Origin: a virus
DNA: 64,000 bases
Reading direction: 5' to 3' (one strand)
Virus record (IMG/VR): IMGVR_UViG_3300037516_000306
Location: 49,563 to 113,562 of that record
The notes beneath the pieces were generated by a model that ran no database searches, was not told the DNA's origin, and worked only from the letters and a program-made list of their open reading frames with translations. Within the stretch, counting starts at the first letter, position 1; the number at the start of each line of letters is the position of its first letter. Made by a program: the position numbers and the translations under genes. Shown here piece by piece: positions 1 to 10,767 of this stretch.

Positions 1-437
1 GTTGGATGTACTCTTAACCATGAAAAGGCTATCTCTTGAAAAGGAACTGATAGATCAAAGTAATTATCACCATCTAATAACTTAACTGGTTGTACATGTG
101 TTTGATCATCTGTAGAAGTTGATAACCCATAATTCCAAAACTTTGAACGAGGTCCTAAATCAATATCACCTAATTCATTTTCAAGTCTTGCTTTAAGTTT
201 AGTTACTCTTTCTATTTCTAACTCTCTTTCAGTTTGATCTGCAATTCTTCTGATGTAAGTAGAGTCTGGATCTAATCCTGTTCTATACTTTCCATCTAAT
301 TCTTTATAAGGATACTTGAATACTCCTGTTCCAGGAATTCTTGTAAATCCTTTTTGCGATAGTCCACTGTCCATTGTCTGCAGTTGAGAACTGTTATACT
401 CACGTTTTATCGTAGAGATTTTGCCTGTTTTACCCAT
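1..437 (-). CDS. Conserved crAss-like virion gene downstream of major capsid; truncated at window edge
   Basis: ATG at 437, open frame MGKTGKISTIKREYNSSQLQTMDSGLSQKGFTRIPGTGVFKYPYKELDGKYRTGLDP running off the window; follows MCP. Confidence 0.7.
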   Translation of the reverse strand, partial: MGKTGKISTIKREYNSSQLQTMDSGLSQKGFTRIPGTGVFKYPYKELDGKYRTGLDPDSTYIRRIADQTERELEIERVTKLKARLENELGDIDLGPRSKFWNYGLSTSTDDQTHVQPVKLLDGDNYFDLSVPFQEIAFSWLRVHP

Positions 438-469
438 AATGTAGTTTAATTAAATATTTGGTTTATTTT

Positions 470-665
470 AGAAGAGTGTCCCCATTGAAGGGAATGCGAC
501 TGGGAAACCCAATCCATCACTCTAAAACTTAGTTACGTTGCTGTGCAAGAGGCTTGACTAAGTAGGGTTGAGATCAATCCCCTCTGGGAGGGAGAGGAGG
601 TGAGGGGATCTTTCTCGGAAAAAAGAGATGTGTGCTGTTCTATTATGGGAAGCATCACATCTACG
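470..665 (-). ncRNA. GC-rich structured intergenic element after the capsid gene (terminator-like hairpin plus further stems)
   Basis: Minus-strand stems AGATGTG..CACATCT followed by CTTTTTT, GATCCCCTC..GAGGGGATT, ACTTAGT..ACTAAGT, AGAGTG..CACTCT; much higher GC than flanks. Confidence 0.4.
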
Positions 666-673
666 TTTTATTA

Positions 674-2236
674 TTAGAATTGTGGGATTTCCTCGATCAA
701 CACAGTTCTAGATAAATCTTCAATAAATACATCACATCTGTCTTTCATCCAGATTTCGTATCCTGGGAATTTATTAGCAGAACTCATACCTTGAGATTTA
801 GCAAAACCTAAGTGGTGACGAGTACCATCAATATAACCCCATGTCATAGAAGGAGCACCTTTCATACGTACTTCTCTAATGTTGTTTACCATTGATCCAT
901 CAGACATTGGAGAAACATCAAACACCATAAATACTGGAGTAGATTTTTTGTTTTGTCCAAACTCTAAGTTAGATTGTGGTAAATCTAATTCTTTTAAGTG
1001 AATCAATTCAACACGTCCAGTCTCACGAGTTACCATTGCATCAAATGCAAAGTTGTAAGTGATGTGTTGTCCTTCTCCTTGCATATATCTGTTTCCAGAA
1101 TCAGCCATGAAAGTAAGACCTGAATTTAATGCATCTGTTTTTAAAGCTTGTTGGAATACATCGAATCCAGCTTCATTAGTATACATCTTAACACTTCTAT
1201 CTTTTACATCCACTCTTCTGTAGAATAAATCTCCAAATACAGAACGGATTAAGTTAGCAGAGAATTCACCTCTGTTATATTGTACTAAGTTTCCATTGTT
1301 TCTCATTCTGTGGTATACACCAGCAGATGTTCTTTTCAATTCTTGTTTAGAACCATTAGTTTTAACTGTACCTGGTTTAGCCCAGATCATACGTTTAACT
1401 TTCAACTCTAACATAGATTTACGCATCCAGAACTCAATGAACGGTTCCCATTTAACATCATTACGAGTTAAAGGTAATTGGTTACGTCTTTGTGGAGCAT
1501 AAACTAAGATGTCTAATGGTTTACCAGAAGAATCTCTCATCATTTTATCATCAGCCCATTCAGTGATTTTGTGCTCATATCCATATGCAGAACCTAAAGA
1601 TTCGAACATTGTGATTTGCTCACCTAATCTTGGAAGACCTAATAAGTCTTGATCAAACTCACCAATAGCAGCATCAACTAATTCTAGTTCTACACCATAT
1701 TGTAAGAAGATAGGATTAACAAAATCAACTTGTGGATTATCACTTACTAATGTAAATGTATACAAGTAACCCATGTTCCATGGCTGAGGATCTTTGATTA
1801 CATAGAATCTAGGACCGTACTGACGAGTACCTACAGAAATGATTGCATTTTTAGAGAACTCATTAGTATCTAATATTAAAGAGAACTCTTGACCATCAAT
1901 ACCAGTTTTTCCAGCTAAGATAAGATCTTGCGTAGAAGTAGGGATGTCAATGATTTTTGGGAATTTGTAAGGAACAGCGATTTGCCATTTCCATGCATCA
2001 CTATTATTATCAATGTAATAAGGTGTGCTTTTGTTGATCATGTCTAGGAAGTCATTACTATACAATGAGCTCTGAGTATATAAAGAAATGATTTTCTTGT
2101 CATAATCAGCAGGCTCAGTAGAGTGAAAACTTTCCAAGTGATTTGAGTCAGTAAGTTTTCCTACCGCACGTTTGTCCATAGACGCTACACGAGCATAAGT
2201 AAAACCTGTTAAACCTGGGATTGTTTGAATTGCCAT
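674..2236 (-). CDS. Major capsid protein (crAss-like)
   Basis: 520 aa; position in terminase-portal-scaffold-MCP order; size and sequence character resemble crAss-like MCPs. Confidence 0.88.
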   Translation of the reverse strand: MAIQTIPGLTGFTYARVASMDKRAVGKLTDSNHLESFHSTEPADYDKKIISLYTQSSLYSNDFLDMINKSTPYYIDNNSDAWKWQIAVPYKFPKIIDIPTSTQDLILAGKTGIDGQEFSLILDTNEFSKNAIISVGTRQYGPRFYVIKDPQPWNMGYLYTFTLVSDNPQVDFVNPIFLQYGVELELVDAAIGEFDQDLLGLPRLGEQITMFESLGSAYGYEHKITEWADDKMMRDSSGKPLDILVYAPQRRNQLPLTRNDVKWEPFIEFWMRKSMLELKVKRMIWAKPGTVKTNGSKQELKRTSAGVYHRMRNNGNLVQYNRGEFSANLIRSVFGDLFYRRVDVKDRSVKMYTNEAGFDVFQQALKTDALNSGLTFMADSGNRYMQGEGQHITYNFAFDAMVTRETGRVELIHLKELDLPQSNLEFGQNKKSTPVFMVFDVSPMSDGSMVNNIREVRMKGAPSMTWGYIDGTRHHLGFAKSQGMSSANKFPGYEIWMKDRCDVFIEDLSRTVLIEEIPQF

Positions 2237-2272
2237 TGTTTATTCGTTTTTGTTATTAATTAATTATTTTTG

Positions 2273-3550
2273 TTATAAGAACCATGAATTAGGATTAGAT
2301 TTAGAACCACCAGTAGCAGCAGCTGTTTTAGCTTTTGTTACTTGTCTTGCAACTTCTCCGAACAATTGGTTAGACTTTTTAGTCACACCTGTTCTTTGTA
2401 TAGTTGATAATGTAGGATCTTTTTCTAACATTTTAAGCAGAAGTCCAATCTTAACTTTTTGTGCATGATTCTCTGGTCTTTTCAAATCCAGGATAGCACG
2501 ATCAAAGTCAGTTAGTGTTTCTCCTGAAGGAGTTTTCCACTTATCAACTAATAAGAAGTCTTGTAGTTCTGTTGCTAATTTTGGATTGATAGGTATACCA
2601 TCAAACTCTTTTTCTTTCACCTTATCTTGTAAGATGGATTGTACGTTATTTATATACTGATTTTTAACAGCTTGTTTTTGTTGTAATTCTTGTTGAGCAC
2701 TAGTTTCCATTTGTTGTAACTTAGATGCTTCTTTTTTAACCAACACTTTGTGATGTTTAGCAGCTACATTTTCAAGATCACCGTAGTTTTTAAGTCTTTC
2801 AACTTCTGTCTCTACATCTTCTGGATCAAATCCTTGATCTGATAAAGCTTGCTTCATTATCTTTACTTGATTGTCTTCATTTGAAAGATCCATCTCAGCA
2901 AAGTTTACTACTTGATTATAAACACTAAAGTAATCTTTTGGATTAACTCCTTTTACAAATATGGCATCAAAAGCTTCTTGGTAATCTTCTCCAAATTGTC
3001 CAATGAAATTTTGTACTAATTCAGAAGCACCTTTTTTCTTTTCTTCATTAAATCTTTCTAAGAACTCTTCTGCTGTAGATATAGGTTGTTGATCTTCTTC
3101 TTCATCATTGGTGAATACACCTAGTTTATAAAGATCATTTGCAAGAGCAGTGAATTGTGTTCCTTCAGGAGCATCCTCATCACTATCATCTGCATCATCA
3201 TCAGTAGCTGCAGCTTTTGCAGGTTTTGATACTGGAGCAGGTGTGTCATCTTCTTCTTCATCTTCATCATCACTTAAGAAGTCAGAGATCATTGATTGTC
3301 CATCTAGTTTCTCTTCATCTGTTTTACCATCAACGCTTTTAGGAGGAACAATATCCTTACCTTTTTTAACCGCTGGTGCTTCAGGAGCATCAGGAGCATT
3401 AGCATCTTTAATAATTGCAGTTACATCCTCTGGATTAGAAGATGCTGTTTCAGGAGAAAACAAGTCATTTAATAGTTCTTGGTTACCCATTCCCATGTCC
3501 ATAGTATCTTGGATACTAAAGTTACTTAGGTTATCTAAATTATCAGCCAT
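2273..3550 (-). CDS. Acidic putative scaffolding/head assembly protein
   Basis: Very acidic, disordered N-half and coiled-coil C-half; between portal and MCP. Confidence 0.65.
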   Translation of the reverse strand: MADNLDNLSNFSIQDTMDMGMGNQELLNDLFSPETASSNPEDVTAIIKDANAPDAPEAPAVKKGKDIVPPKSVDGKTDEEKLDGQSMISDFLSDDEDEEEDDTPAPVSKPAKAAATDDDADDSDEDAPEGTQFTALANDLYKLGVFTNDEEEDQQPISTAEEFLERFNEEKKKGASELVQNFIGQFGEDYQEAFDAIFVKGVNPKDYFSVYNQVVNFAEMDLSNEDNQVKIMKQALSDQGFDPEDVETEVERLKNYGDLENVAAKHHKVLVKKEASKLQQMETSAQQELQQKQAVKNQYINNVQSILQDKVKEKEFDGIPINPKLATELQDFLLVDKWKTPSGETLTDFDRAILDLKRPENHAQKVKIGLLLKMLEKDPTLSTIQRTGVTKKSNQLFGEVARQVTKAKTAAATGGSKSNPNSWFL

Positions 3551-3692
3551 ATGTAGTTGTATTTATGTTTGGTTTATTTATGTAAAAGTATAATAAGAGT
3601 TTCTAATATCAAAGTGTTATAGATCAATGTGATCCAATTTTCTTGATAATATAGCATTAACATTTTTATCTCCTCTTTCGAGAAGAATTTTT

Positions 3693-6278
3693 TTAACCTT
3701 TTTTGTTATTTCTGCCCTTAGCATTCTCTTTTGCAACAGCAAGATCGTTTGCCATATTCTCTCTTTGTACTTGTAATTTCTCTTTTTCTATAGACATTTT
3801 ATCAGCAGCTTGTTTATTTTTAGATTGAACATCAGCCATCTTTAATCCATAATCTTTAGCAGCTTTATCTTGATCATTAGCTAATCTACTCATTTCTAGT
3901 ACATCAGGAACAGAATTAGAATTTTCATCTTCACTTGCAACATTACCATATCCTGTAGCAGAAATGATAGCAATCTTCTCTTTAGACAATCTATCAAGTT
4001 CTCTTTGATAATCATCATTAGCTTGTTTCTCTTGTTGTAACTGAGCAGCTTGTTGTAATGCAGCTTGAGCTTGTTCACCTTGTTGCTGTATTTGTTGTTG
4101 CTGTAATTGGTTAGCTTGTTCTTGTTGAGCAATCTGTCTATCTCTAAGATCTTTAAATGTTTTCTTAAGTTCTCTTTGAGACTTAGAACTATACAGTTCC
4201 ACTACATCATAAAGCGTGCCACCATTCTGAATAATAGCTTGAGAAAGTTGTCTAAGCTCATTAAACATTTGAGTATCTTCAGGTCTATTAGTAAGGAACA
4301 CTTTTAAATCACGTAATGAAAGATCATCTCCATTTACTTGTACAAATGCAGACTCACCCTCATTTGTAATATATGATAGTGTACTCTGTGGTTTTGAACT
4401 TTGTATATATTGAGCAGCATCTACAATACCTTGATACAACTGTCCAAGTACATACTCGTGAGCTATAAATAAAGGCTCTGTTTGAGAGTAACTCTGTTGC
4501 ATAGCAGCATTGGTACCTGTAGCACTTTCAGAAGCAGAAATGTTACCCATACGTTGTCTAGACATACCTACAAGTTCCCAACATTCAGTTTTAAGTTGTT
4601 GTGCTAATGTATATCTTGATTGTATCTCTTGTGTACGTGTAAGATCAAGAGCTGTAAATTGATTGAATGAACTAGGAGATTTTAAGTTCTCTGGAGAGTC
4701 ATCAATAAATACTACACCTCTATTACGTGCTTCCATTTCCCAGATATCAAGAGCATCTTGTGCATCTCCATCTTTAGGAATAGGAATATGTCTTAATGAC
4801 ATAAGCTGAACCTTACCTACCTCTTTCTCTAGAAGTTTGTATAATTGGTTCATACATACGTTATATAGCACTTGGAAAGGTTTCATTAAATCTACAAGAG
4901 ATTTAGATTCTGTGTTCTTCACCTCATATGTTGTACCTATAATAGGACAATAGTTTAATAACTTAAATGGTTTAATGTGATAGATATCTGGACCAATTTT
5001 AGTTCCTTGATACCATTGATTAATCCATCCCCATTCTAATGATTGTTGTGTAGGTATTGTGCCTGATTTGTAGTCTTCAGTTACAAGAGTAGATTGCTCA
5101 TTACCCATATCATCTAAATAGATAAGTTTACCTATTTTCTTTTTAGATATCCAATAGCTTCTAACCACTACATACTTATATCCAAATGAGCTTACATTGT
5201 TTGTAAGTCCTAAGAAGTCTTTTAATCCATCATTGTTTTCTTTCATTTCTGATTCAATGATCATTCTTGTTTGTAACACAAGAGGGTCAAATGTATCATA
5301 CATTACAGAGTCTTGTCCAGGAATAGCATCTGGATTACCAAGGTTTGATTCTCTAACATTAATCAATCCATAATCCTGTAATGAACTACGTAAGTGATCT
5401 ATCTCTTCTTTAGTAAGATCTGGAATGCTTTCGATGATTTCTGAAAGTTCCATAACCTGTACTGTACCAGCAGCATATGCTCCTTGTGCTCTACCTGTTG
5501 GATCTGATATAAACTTTCTATCAGGAGTAGTAAGAAACCAAGTGTTCTTTGGGTTAGCCACCTCAATGTTAAATCCAGTTTTTGAATTATCTTCATATAT
5601 ATGATAGAACTCTCTACCAGAAATTAGAAGATCTCTAAAAGCATCTTCTGATTTTTCTTTAAGAACAAATTCAGCTTTTTGACATGTAAGAACATGATTA
5701 GCCCATTTCTCTGCAACAGATGTATAGCTATCTAACTGATCCTTAACTTGTTCCATTGACATCTTCTCTAGATCTTCATCAGGGATATCAATTCCTTCTA
5801 TTGAAGCCTTTTCAATAATTTGTTGTTTAGCTTGTGAGATGACATATTTCTGAAGAGTTTCTGTTTTAAATTGTAGCTCTTCTGCTTGACTATCATCATC
5901 AAAAGCTTTCACTCTAAATGTATCAGGTCTTTTACTGATCTCTCCTACTAATTCATTTACAGGAGTGGTAACAATAGAATACATCTTCACGTATGCAGGA
6001 AGTTCTAGATCTGCTGTAAGTACATCTGTGAAGCTTCTCACTTCAGGCTCCTGATAGAAATCTTCCATACGTAGGATTCCTTTCATAAGATCGTAGTTCT
6101 TAACAAATGTATCTCTATTCTTTACATACTCAGCATATGCTTTATTGGAGAAATAATCCATTGTATTCTTTATCCAACTCTCATCTTGTTTTTCCTTATC
6201 TGTTTTGAACTGATCTGGGAAGATGTTAAGATAGGCATACCTGATGGTTGCGTCTTTTGTATATCTAATTATTGCCAT
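3693..6278 (-). CDS. Portal protein (crAss-like)
   Basis: 861 aa directly after large terminase; Gln-rich C-terminal coiled coil typical of podovirus portals. Confidence 0.88.
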   Translation of the reverse strand: MAIIRYTKDATIRYAYLNIFPDQFKTDKEKQDESWIKNTMDYFSNKAYAEYVKNRDTFVKNYDLMKGILRMEDFYQEPEVRSFTDVLTADLELPAYVKMYSIVTTPVNELVGEISKRPDTFRVKAFDDDSQAEELQFKTETLQKYVISQAKQQIIEKASIEGIDIPDEDLEKMSMEQVKDQLDSYTSVAEKWANHVLTCQKAEFVLKEKSEDAFRDLLISGREFYHIYEDNSKTGFNIEVANPKNTWFLTTPDRKFISDPTGRAQGAYAAGTVQVMELSEIIESIPDLTKEEIDHLRSSLQDYGLINVRESNLGNPDAIPGQDSVMYDTFDPLVLQTRMIIESEMKENNDGLKDFLGLTNNVSSFGYKYVVVRSYWISKKKIGKLIYLDDMGNEQSTLVTEDYKSGTIPTQQSLEWGWINQWYQGTKIGPDIYHIKPFKLLNYCPIIGTTYEVKNTESKSLVDLMKPFQVLYNVCMNQLYKLLEKEVGKVQLMSLRHIPIPKDGDAQDALDIWEMEARNRGVVFIDDSPENLKSPSSFNQFTALDLTRTQEIQSRYTLAQQLKTECWELVGMSRQRMGNISASESATGTNAAMQQSYSQTEPLFIAHEYVLGQLYQGIVDAAQYIQSSKPQSTLSYITNEGESAFVQVNGDDLSLRDLKVFLTNRPEDTQMFNELRQLSQAIIQNGGTLYDVVELYSSKSQRELKKTFKDLRDRQIAQQEQANQLQQQQIQQQGEQAQAALQQAAQLQQEKQANDDYQRELDRLSKEKIAIISATGYGNVASEDENSNSVPDVLEMSRLANDQDKAAKDYGLKMADVQSKNKQAADKMSIEKEKLQVQRENMANDLAVAKENAKGRNNKKG

Positions 6279-8302
6279 TATGTAAACAATTTATTTTTTG
6301 GTGTGTTAAACATTGGTCTGCTTTCTGTAAACAGCTTATTCTTTTTGTTCTTAGTGAACATTGATTTGATTCTTACATCTTGTTCTCCTCCTATTTTTCC
6401 CATAATGGGATCTAGTTTCATAGCAAGAGCTATTGCAAGCTCTGCAGCAATGATTCTATCAAAGTTACCTGATTCATTATACTGAATCATTTCTTCTAGT
6501 AATACAGGATCAAATATCTTTGCTATACCTTTTATCTCAGACTTGATGTTTCCATCTTCATCTTTCTCTGTATGTACCACTTCTTCTGAATACTTCTTAA
6601 GACATCCATGTAAGAAGTCTCGTATTTTTTCAGATGATCTATGTATTCCGTAATCCCTTCTAACTGTGGTATTTGGAACTATTTCTTTCAACCAGTCTGG
6701 TTGTCTTTCTAAATAATGAGCATCTCCTTTAGCTATCATGTAATCAATGAATGATATTTCATCATTCTCACATAGAGCTCTAGCATTATAATACTTAATA
6801 AGATAGCGAGCTTGTTCTTCCCATGTTTCTTTTTTATCTGGTCTAGCACAATAGCTAGCTACAAACATATCTTGATACTTCTCTCCAGAAATAGCATGCA
6901 TACGTTTGTATATATAGACAGATCCTAATGAGCTAGAATAAGCAGATTTACCTTGTCTATAAGGGTCAATTCCTGCAACATACAATCCATATGGAGGATC
7001 TGCTATAGGAAACTCATATATCACTACAGGAGCATCTTTCTGATCACTATTCTTAAGAGGAAAGTTTGATATAGGAAGTTTATCTGTAAACTCATGTCTC
7101 ACACCATCACCATCATCATATAAAACAACAGGTGTTCCTGTTCTTTCTTGTGCTAATAGTCTACTCTTCTGACGTTTAGCTGCTTCTATATCAAATATGT
7201 TTGTATCTTCATTCAAGAATATATCATCCACTTCTTGTGGGTAATACATTTTCTCTTTTAAATAAGCTAGTCTATCACCAGCTTTCTTTAATCTTTCAAG
7301 ATTATCATTTGTAATCTTATCTGCTGTCTCTTGATTAGAGACTAACATCTTTACATTATGTAACTCAGAATCTGCTGGTTGTTCTAGAAAAGCTCCAAGA
7401 GTGGAATCTTCTTTAGCTTCCATTCTATACTTATGTGAAATAAATAGTCCATGGATTCTTTGATCATCCTTAGCACTATTGTATTCCAGAAAGTTAAAGT
7501 TCTGAACGTCAAACATTAAGCTCTTTGCGTCCATGAAGTTTTGCATATCTCCACCTGTACCTGTAAGAATTGGAGAACATCCCCAACCAAATGGTGTGGT
7601 GAAACCTGGTGTAGCAGCTTGTAATCCTCTGAGGAAATTACCCTTACCTATCTCATCAATAATAAGCCTTCTTGGTTTTGTACCTGCAATAGCCTCTTCA
7701 TTGTTACCACCATCTAAGTTACGAATAAGGATCTGAGAAAAGGGGATTCTCTCTCCTGCTTTTGTCTTGATCCCTAATGTAACTTGGTTTTTCCAGTTGT
7801 CTTCTACCCTCTGCCATCTCCAGGCTTCTGGTAAGAAGTTTAATCCTTTGTCAATCTTATCTGTGATAAGCTTTATATCGGGAGCATTTAGTCCTGCAAT
7901 AATGTTCTGGGAGTTCTCATCGAACGTTGCACCATGACCTATATAGGAGCTCTCAATTACTGACTTAGCTAAACGACGAATACCTAGTATTACTAGGCCT
8001 TTCTTTTCTGTATGTGCTCTATCTATTTCGTTTGTTATAATCCACTCGTTATCACGTAGATATGGATTAGCATATTTCTGTGATATTCTACCTCTGTCAT
8101 CTATCATATCTACCTCTGTATTCCAGAAGTTTAAATGCCAATATAGAAAAGGATTGATATAAACTCCTCCCATTGTACAACCATCGATGCACAGTTGTTT
8201 ATGAAAAGCATAGAATTCCCTATACTCCTCTGAATCTTTTGAGGGAACTCTCTTCTGGTTGATAAACCAGTCTTTATAATCAATACTTTGTAATCCATCC
8301 AT
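6278..8302 (-). CDS. terL: Terminase large subunit
   Basis: Walker A-like RRLAKS, Walker B LIIDEIG, motif III TGT, RNase H-like nuclease YVAGIDPY and FDRIIA. Confidence 0.92.
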   Translation of the reverse strand: MDGLQSIDYKDWFINQKRVPSKDSEEYREFYAFHKQLCIDGCTMGGVYINPFLYWHLNFWNTEVDMIDDRGRISQKYANPYLRDNEWIITNEIDRAHTEKKGLVILGIRRLAKSVIESSYIGHGATFDENSQNIIAGLNAPDIKLITDKIDKGLNFLPEAWRWQRVEDNWKNQVTLGIKTKAGERIPFSQILIRNLDGGNNEEAIAGTKPRRLIIDEIGKGNFLRGLQAATPGFTTPFGWGCSPILTGTGGDMQNFMDAKSLMFDVQNFNFLEYNSAKDDQRIHGLFISHKYRMEAKEDSTLGAFLEQPADSELHNVKMLVSNQETADKITNDNLERLKKAGDRLAYLKEKMYYPQEVDDIFLNEDTNIFDIEAAKRQKSRLLAQERTGTPVVLYDDGDGVRHEFTDKLPISNFPLKNSDQKDAPVVIYEFPIADPPYGLYVAGIDPYRQGKSAYSSSLGSVYIYKRMHAISGEKYQDMFVASYCARPDKKETWEEQARYLIKYYNARALCENDEISFIDYMIAKGDAHYLERQPDWLKEIVPNTTVRRDYGIHRSSEKIRDFLHGCLKKYSEEVVHTEKDEDGNIKSEIKGIAKIFDPVLLEEMIQYNESGNFDRIIAAELAIALAMKLDPIMGKIGGEQDVRIKSMFTKNKKNKLFTESRPMFNTPKNKLFT

Positions 8303-8634
8303 TATTTTCTACCCTTTAAGAAATCTTCTGCCATACTTCCTAGCTCAGCACCACCTCTTACAGGTACCACCTTTGCTTCTTCTTTCTCTCTGAGTTTCTC
8401 AACTTGCTCTAATAGAGCTAGATAGTTTTTCATTGTCTCTTGTACAAACTTACCTTGTGCTTCAATAGATGCAATCACCATAGGCATTGCTCCACCAGCT
8501 TTGGTTTCTTTCCATTTGATTCTATCCTCTAATGTATGTAAAGGATTAGCATCAACGTATTGCTTCCAGGTTGATAATTGTTCTTCAGCCCATTCAAGTT
8601 CTGCTGCTATATATGTAGTTTTCTTTAATGCCAT
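8302..8634 (-). CDS. Helical protein upstream of terL, possible terminase small subunit
   Basis: 110 aa, translationally coupled to terL; position only. Confidence 0.35.
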   Translation of the reverse strand: MALKKTTYIAAELEWAEEQLSTWKQYVDANPLHTLEDRIKWKETKAGGAMPMVIASIEAQGKFVQETMKNYLALLEQVEKLREKEEAKVVPVRGGAELGSMAEDFLKGRK

Positions 8635-8645
8635 TGTTTTGTTTT

Positions 8646-8921
8646 TTAGTATTCCTCCTCTTCAAACATGCTGTCTAAATTCATGCCATCTTTTATTATC
8701 TCCTCTATTTCTTCATCATCTAGATGAGGCCCATCTATATTGAGTTCTATTTCATACTTCTGTATAGCATATAAAAACTCTCTGTCACTCACTCCCCATA
8801 CATCTGTATATTCATCCAATGCTGTGGAAATGTGTCTTCCCATATTATACGTAGGATAGGCTTTTTGTAAGCGTACCAATGTCTGTATAATTTGACGATA
8901 ATAGTTAGGTTGTTTTGCCAT
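8646..8921 (-). CDS. Hypothetical protein
   Basis: Coupled ORF in operon. Confidence 0.6.
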   Translation of the reverse strand: MAKQPNYYRQIIQTLVRLQKAYPTYNMGRHISTALDEYTDVWGVSDREFLYAIQKYEIELNIDGPHLDDEEIEEIIKDGMNLDSMFEEEEY

Positions 8922-9181
8922 TATATTAATTCATTTATATCATCTTCAGATAGAGAAGGTTTGTCTTCTTCCTCTTCTTCTCCTTGCATATCCACTTCTA
9001 TCTCTATTTCACTATCATCTGACATGTACTCAGGCTTCACTGTTATCTTTATAACATCCATTGATCCTTCTTCTCTTTCATCTTGCTGTCCTGATATATC
9101 AATAAAATCAGCTCCTTCTTCAAATAGATTTGTAAGAATTTGTATAAGTCCCTCTAGTGGTATTTTACGTAGTGAGTTCAT
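8921..9181 (-). CDS. Acidic hypothetical protein
   Basis: Coupled ORF, Asp/Glu rich. Confidence 0.6.
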   Translation of the reverse strand: MNSLRKIPLEGLIQILTNLFEEGADFIDISGQQDEREEGSMDVIKITVKPEYMSDDSEIEIEVDMQGEEEEEDKPSLSEDDINELI

Positions 9182-9440
9182 CTGGTAATGATTGTGCTAC
9201 CCATTTCTTGAATGGGCATTCGCATGTTAAACATTTTGTTTTTGCAGATAGTGTACATCCGCATTCTGCACAATGTGCATCTGGTCTCATACTCTTATAA
9301 TCCTTCTTATTAGAAGAATGCTCTTCACATGCATTACATATAGCTAGTCTTTCTTGACTAACATGTTCTATAAAAGCTTTTTCTTTTTCTTCAGGGAGAA
9401 GGTGATTCTTCCATCCCTCATATATCTGTTTTAGACTCAT
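9165..9440 (-). CDS. Small Cys-rich putative Zn-binding protein
   Basis: RLAICNAC, CAECGC, CLTCECP..KW. Confidence 0.6.
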   Translation of the reverse strand: MSLKQIYEGWKNHLLPEEKEKAFIEHVSQERLAICNACEEHSSNKKDYKSMRPDAHCAECGCTLSAKTKCLTCECPFKKWVAQSLPDELTT

Positions 9441-9780
9441 TCATTTTTGGTTTTAATGTTTTGATATCTGTTAACGCTGTATTCAATCTTAGTTGTGTAG
9501 AATGTTTCTTCTTATCTGTAACATCTGGATCAGCTAATGTATTCTCATAAGCTTGTTTCATTTGTAAAAGCTTATTATATTGTGTAAGTGCTTTCTTCTT
9601 ATTAAACAAAAACTTACCAAACCCCGAAATCTCTATTGTATCATTTGTATTAAGAGCATCATTGGCAGAATCAAACTGATGGTTCACTACTTGGTCAATT
9701 GTCTTTTCTGATATGACCATGTTAATCGACATCTTCTTAATTATCCACTCCTTCACTGACATTGTTGATGGCTTCTCCAT
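9418..9780 (-). CDS. HU/IHF-like DNA-binding protein
   Basis: IEISGFGKF matches the HU/IHF signature; IHF-like genes are typical near crAss terminases. Confidence 0.7.
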   Translation of the reverse strand: MEKPSTMSVKEWIIKKMSINMVISEKTIDQVVNHQFDSANDALNTNDTIEISGFGKFLFNKKKALTQYNKLLQMKQAYENTLADPDVTDKKKHSTQLRLNTALTDIKTLKPKMNESKTDI

Positions 9781-10111
9781 GTAATAGTTTTATTTCTAAC
9801 GTTATATCTTTCTTGAAATCAATAGTGATGATTGGATTAACCTTCACCTTACCATTCTCTTTAATGAATATACCTATCTTCTTAAGCTTAGAGATGATGT
9901 TGTTAATAGATGGAGATGTACTATTATATGTCTTACAGAATTCTTCTCTTACATTAGCATATGTAATGTTACCTTTAATAGCTGTAAAAGATATGAGTTG
10001 TATTTCTCTCTCTGTTAGATGTAGATTGTTTATAGCAGATAGTATAGAATAGTATTTCTCTGCTAATTGTATATCAGTCTGTACATCTTTTTTAAGTCTT
10101 TGTACTATCAT
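9737..10111 (-). CDS. Winged HTH DNA-binding protein
   Basis: LTEREIQL, SINNIISKLKKIG, VKVNP pattern. Confidence 0.55.
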   Translation of the reverse strand: MIVQRLKKDVQTDIQLAEKYYSILSAINNLHLTEREIQLISFTAIKGNITYANVREEFCKTYNSTSPSINNIISKLKKIGIFIKENGKVKVNPIITIDFKKDITLEIKLLHGEAINNVSEGVDN

Positions 10112-10524
10112 AATTTAGTTTTCTATTTTACAAAGATAGAAAATAAAAATATACAATCAACATATATAGATAAAATATTTATTCCAATGCTATATTATGA
10201 AATATTTCTCTATAGATGTATAGAAGATAACCAGGCCCAACCACCACCCCAAAGGTATGACATATTTTATATATCTACCAAACTTTTTTTCTAAAATTTT
10301 TTTCAAAACTTAGAAACCCTTTGTGTGTATGGGTGTGTAGACCTATCCATACCAAGACCCCCCATAACAAATTGAGAGTTGGGACTACCCCCCATCAATC
10401 AGGTGTTGTGAGCCTAAAATCATCCACGTAAAATCATTACTTTACAGAAAGTAATAGTTCTACGTAGGCAGGGAGTGCAAGCCCTGTCTTATTATTATTA
10501 TTATTAATCTAATACATAAACATT
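10112..10524. other. Non-coding divergent strand switch (candidate genome end/packaging/origin region)
   Basis: Separates minus-strand late module from plus-strand early genes; C-tracts, hairpin, TATCTTTG box on minus strand near 10131-10138. Confidence 0.5.
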
Positions 10525-10767
10525 ATGAAACTATTTGCTTACTACAGACAAGACCACAATGGTTTTGCTTTATTCTTTAACCATTGTAACACAGTACAAA
10601 GAGTGGTTGTGGAAGATGTTAGTGGTCTTAAACATCTATTGTTGACTAATCCTTTATTACTACAACTTAATAGTGATAGTATGAAAGAGGCTACAGAAAC
10701 ATTGATAGACATAACTCTTTTTAATATAATACCACAAAAGGACATTGAAGGAATGATAGCGTTGTAA
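10525..10767 (+). CDS. Early hypothetical protein
   Basis: A-rich leader, ATG, ends within a hairpin. Confidence 0.55.
   Translation: MKLFAYYRQDHNGFALFFNHCNTVQRVVVEDVSGLKHLLLTNPLLLQLNSDSMKEATETLIDITLFNIIPQKDIEGMIAL

Noticed and set aside
3150-3593. Antisense and alternate-frame ORFs (e.g. 3150-3593, 44166-44456, 45255-45566, 54204-54533)
   Set aside because: Shadows of low-complexity real genes with no independent coding signal
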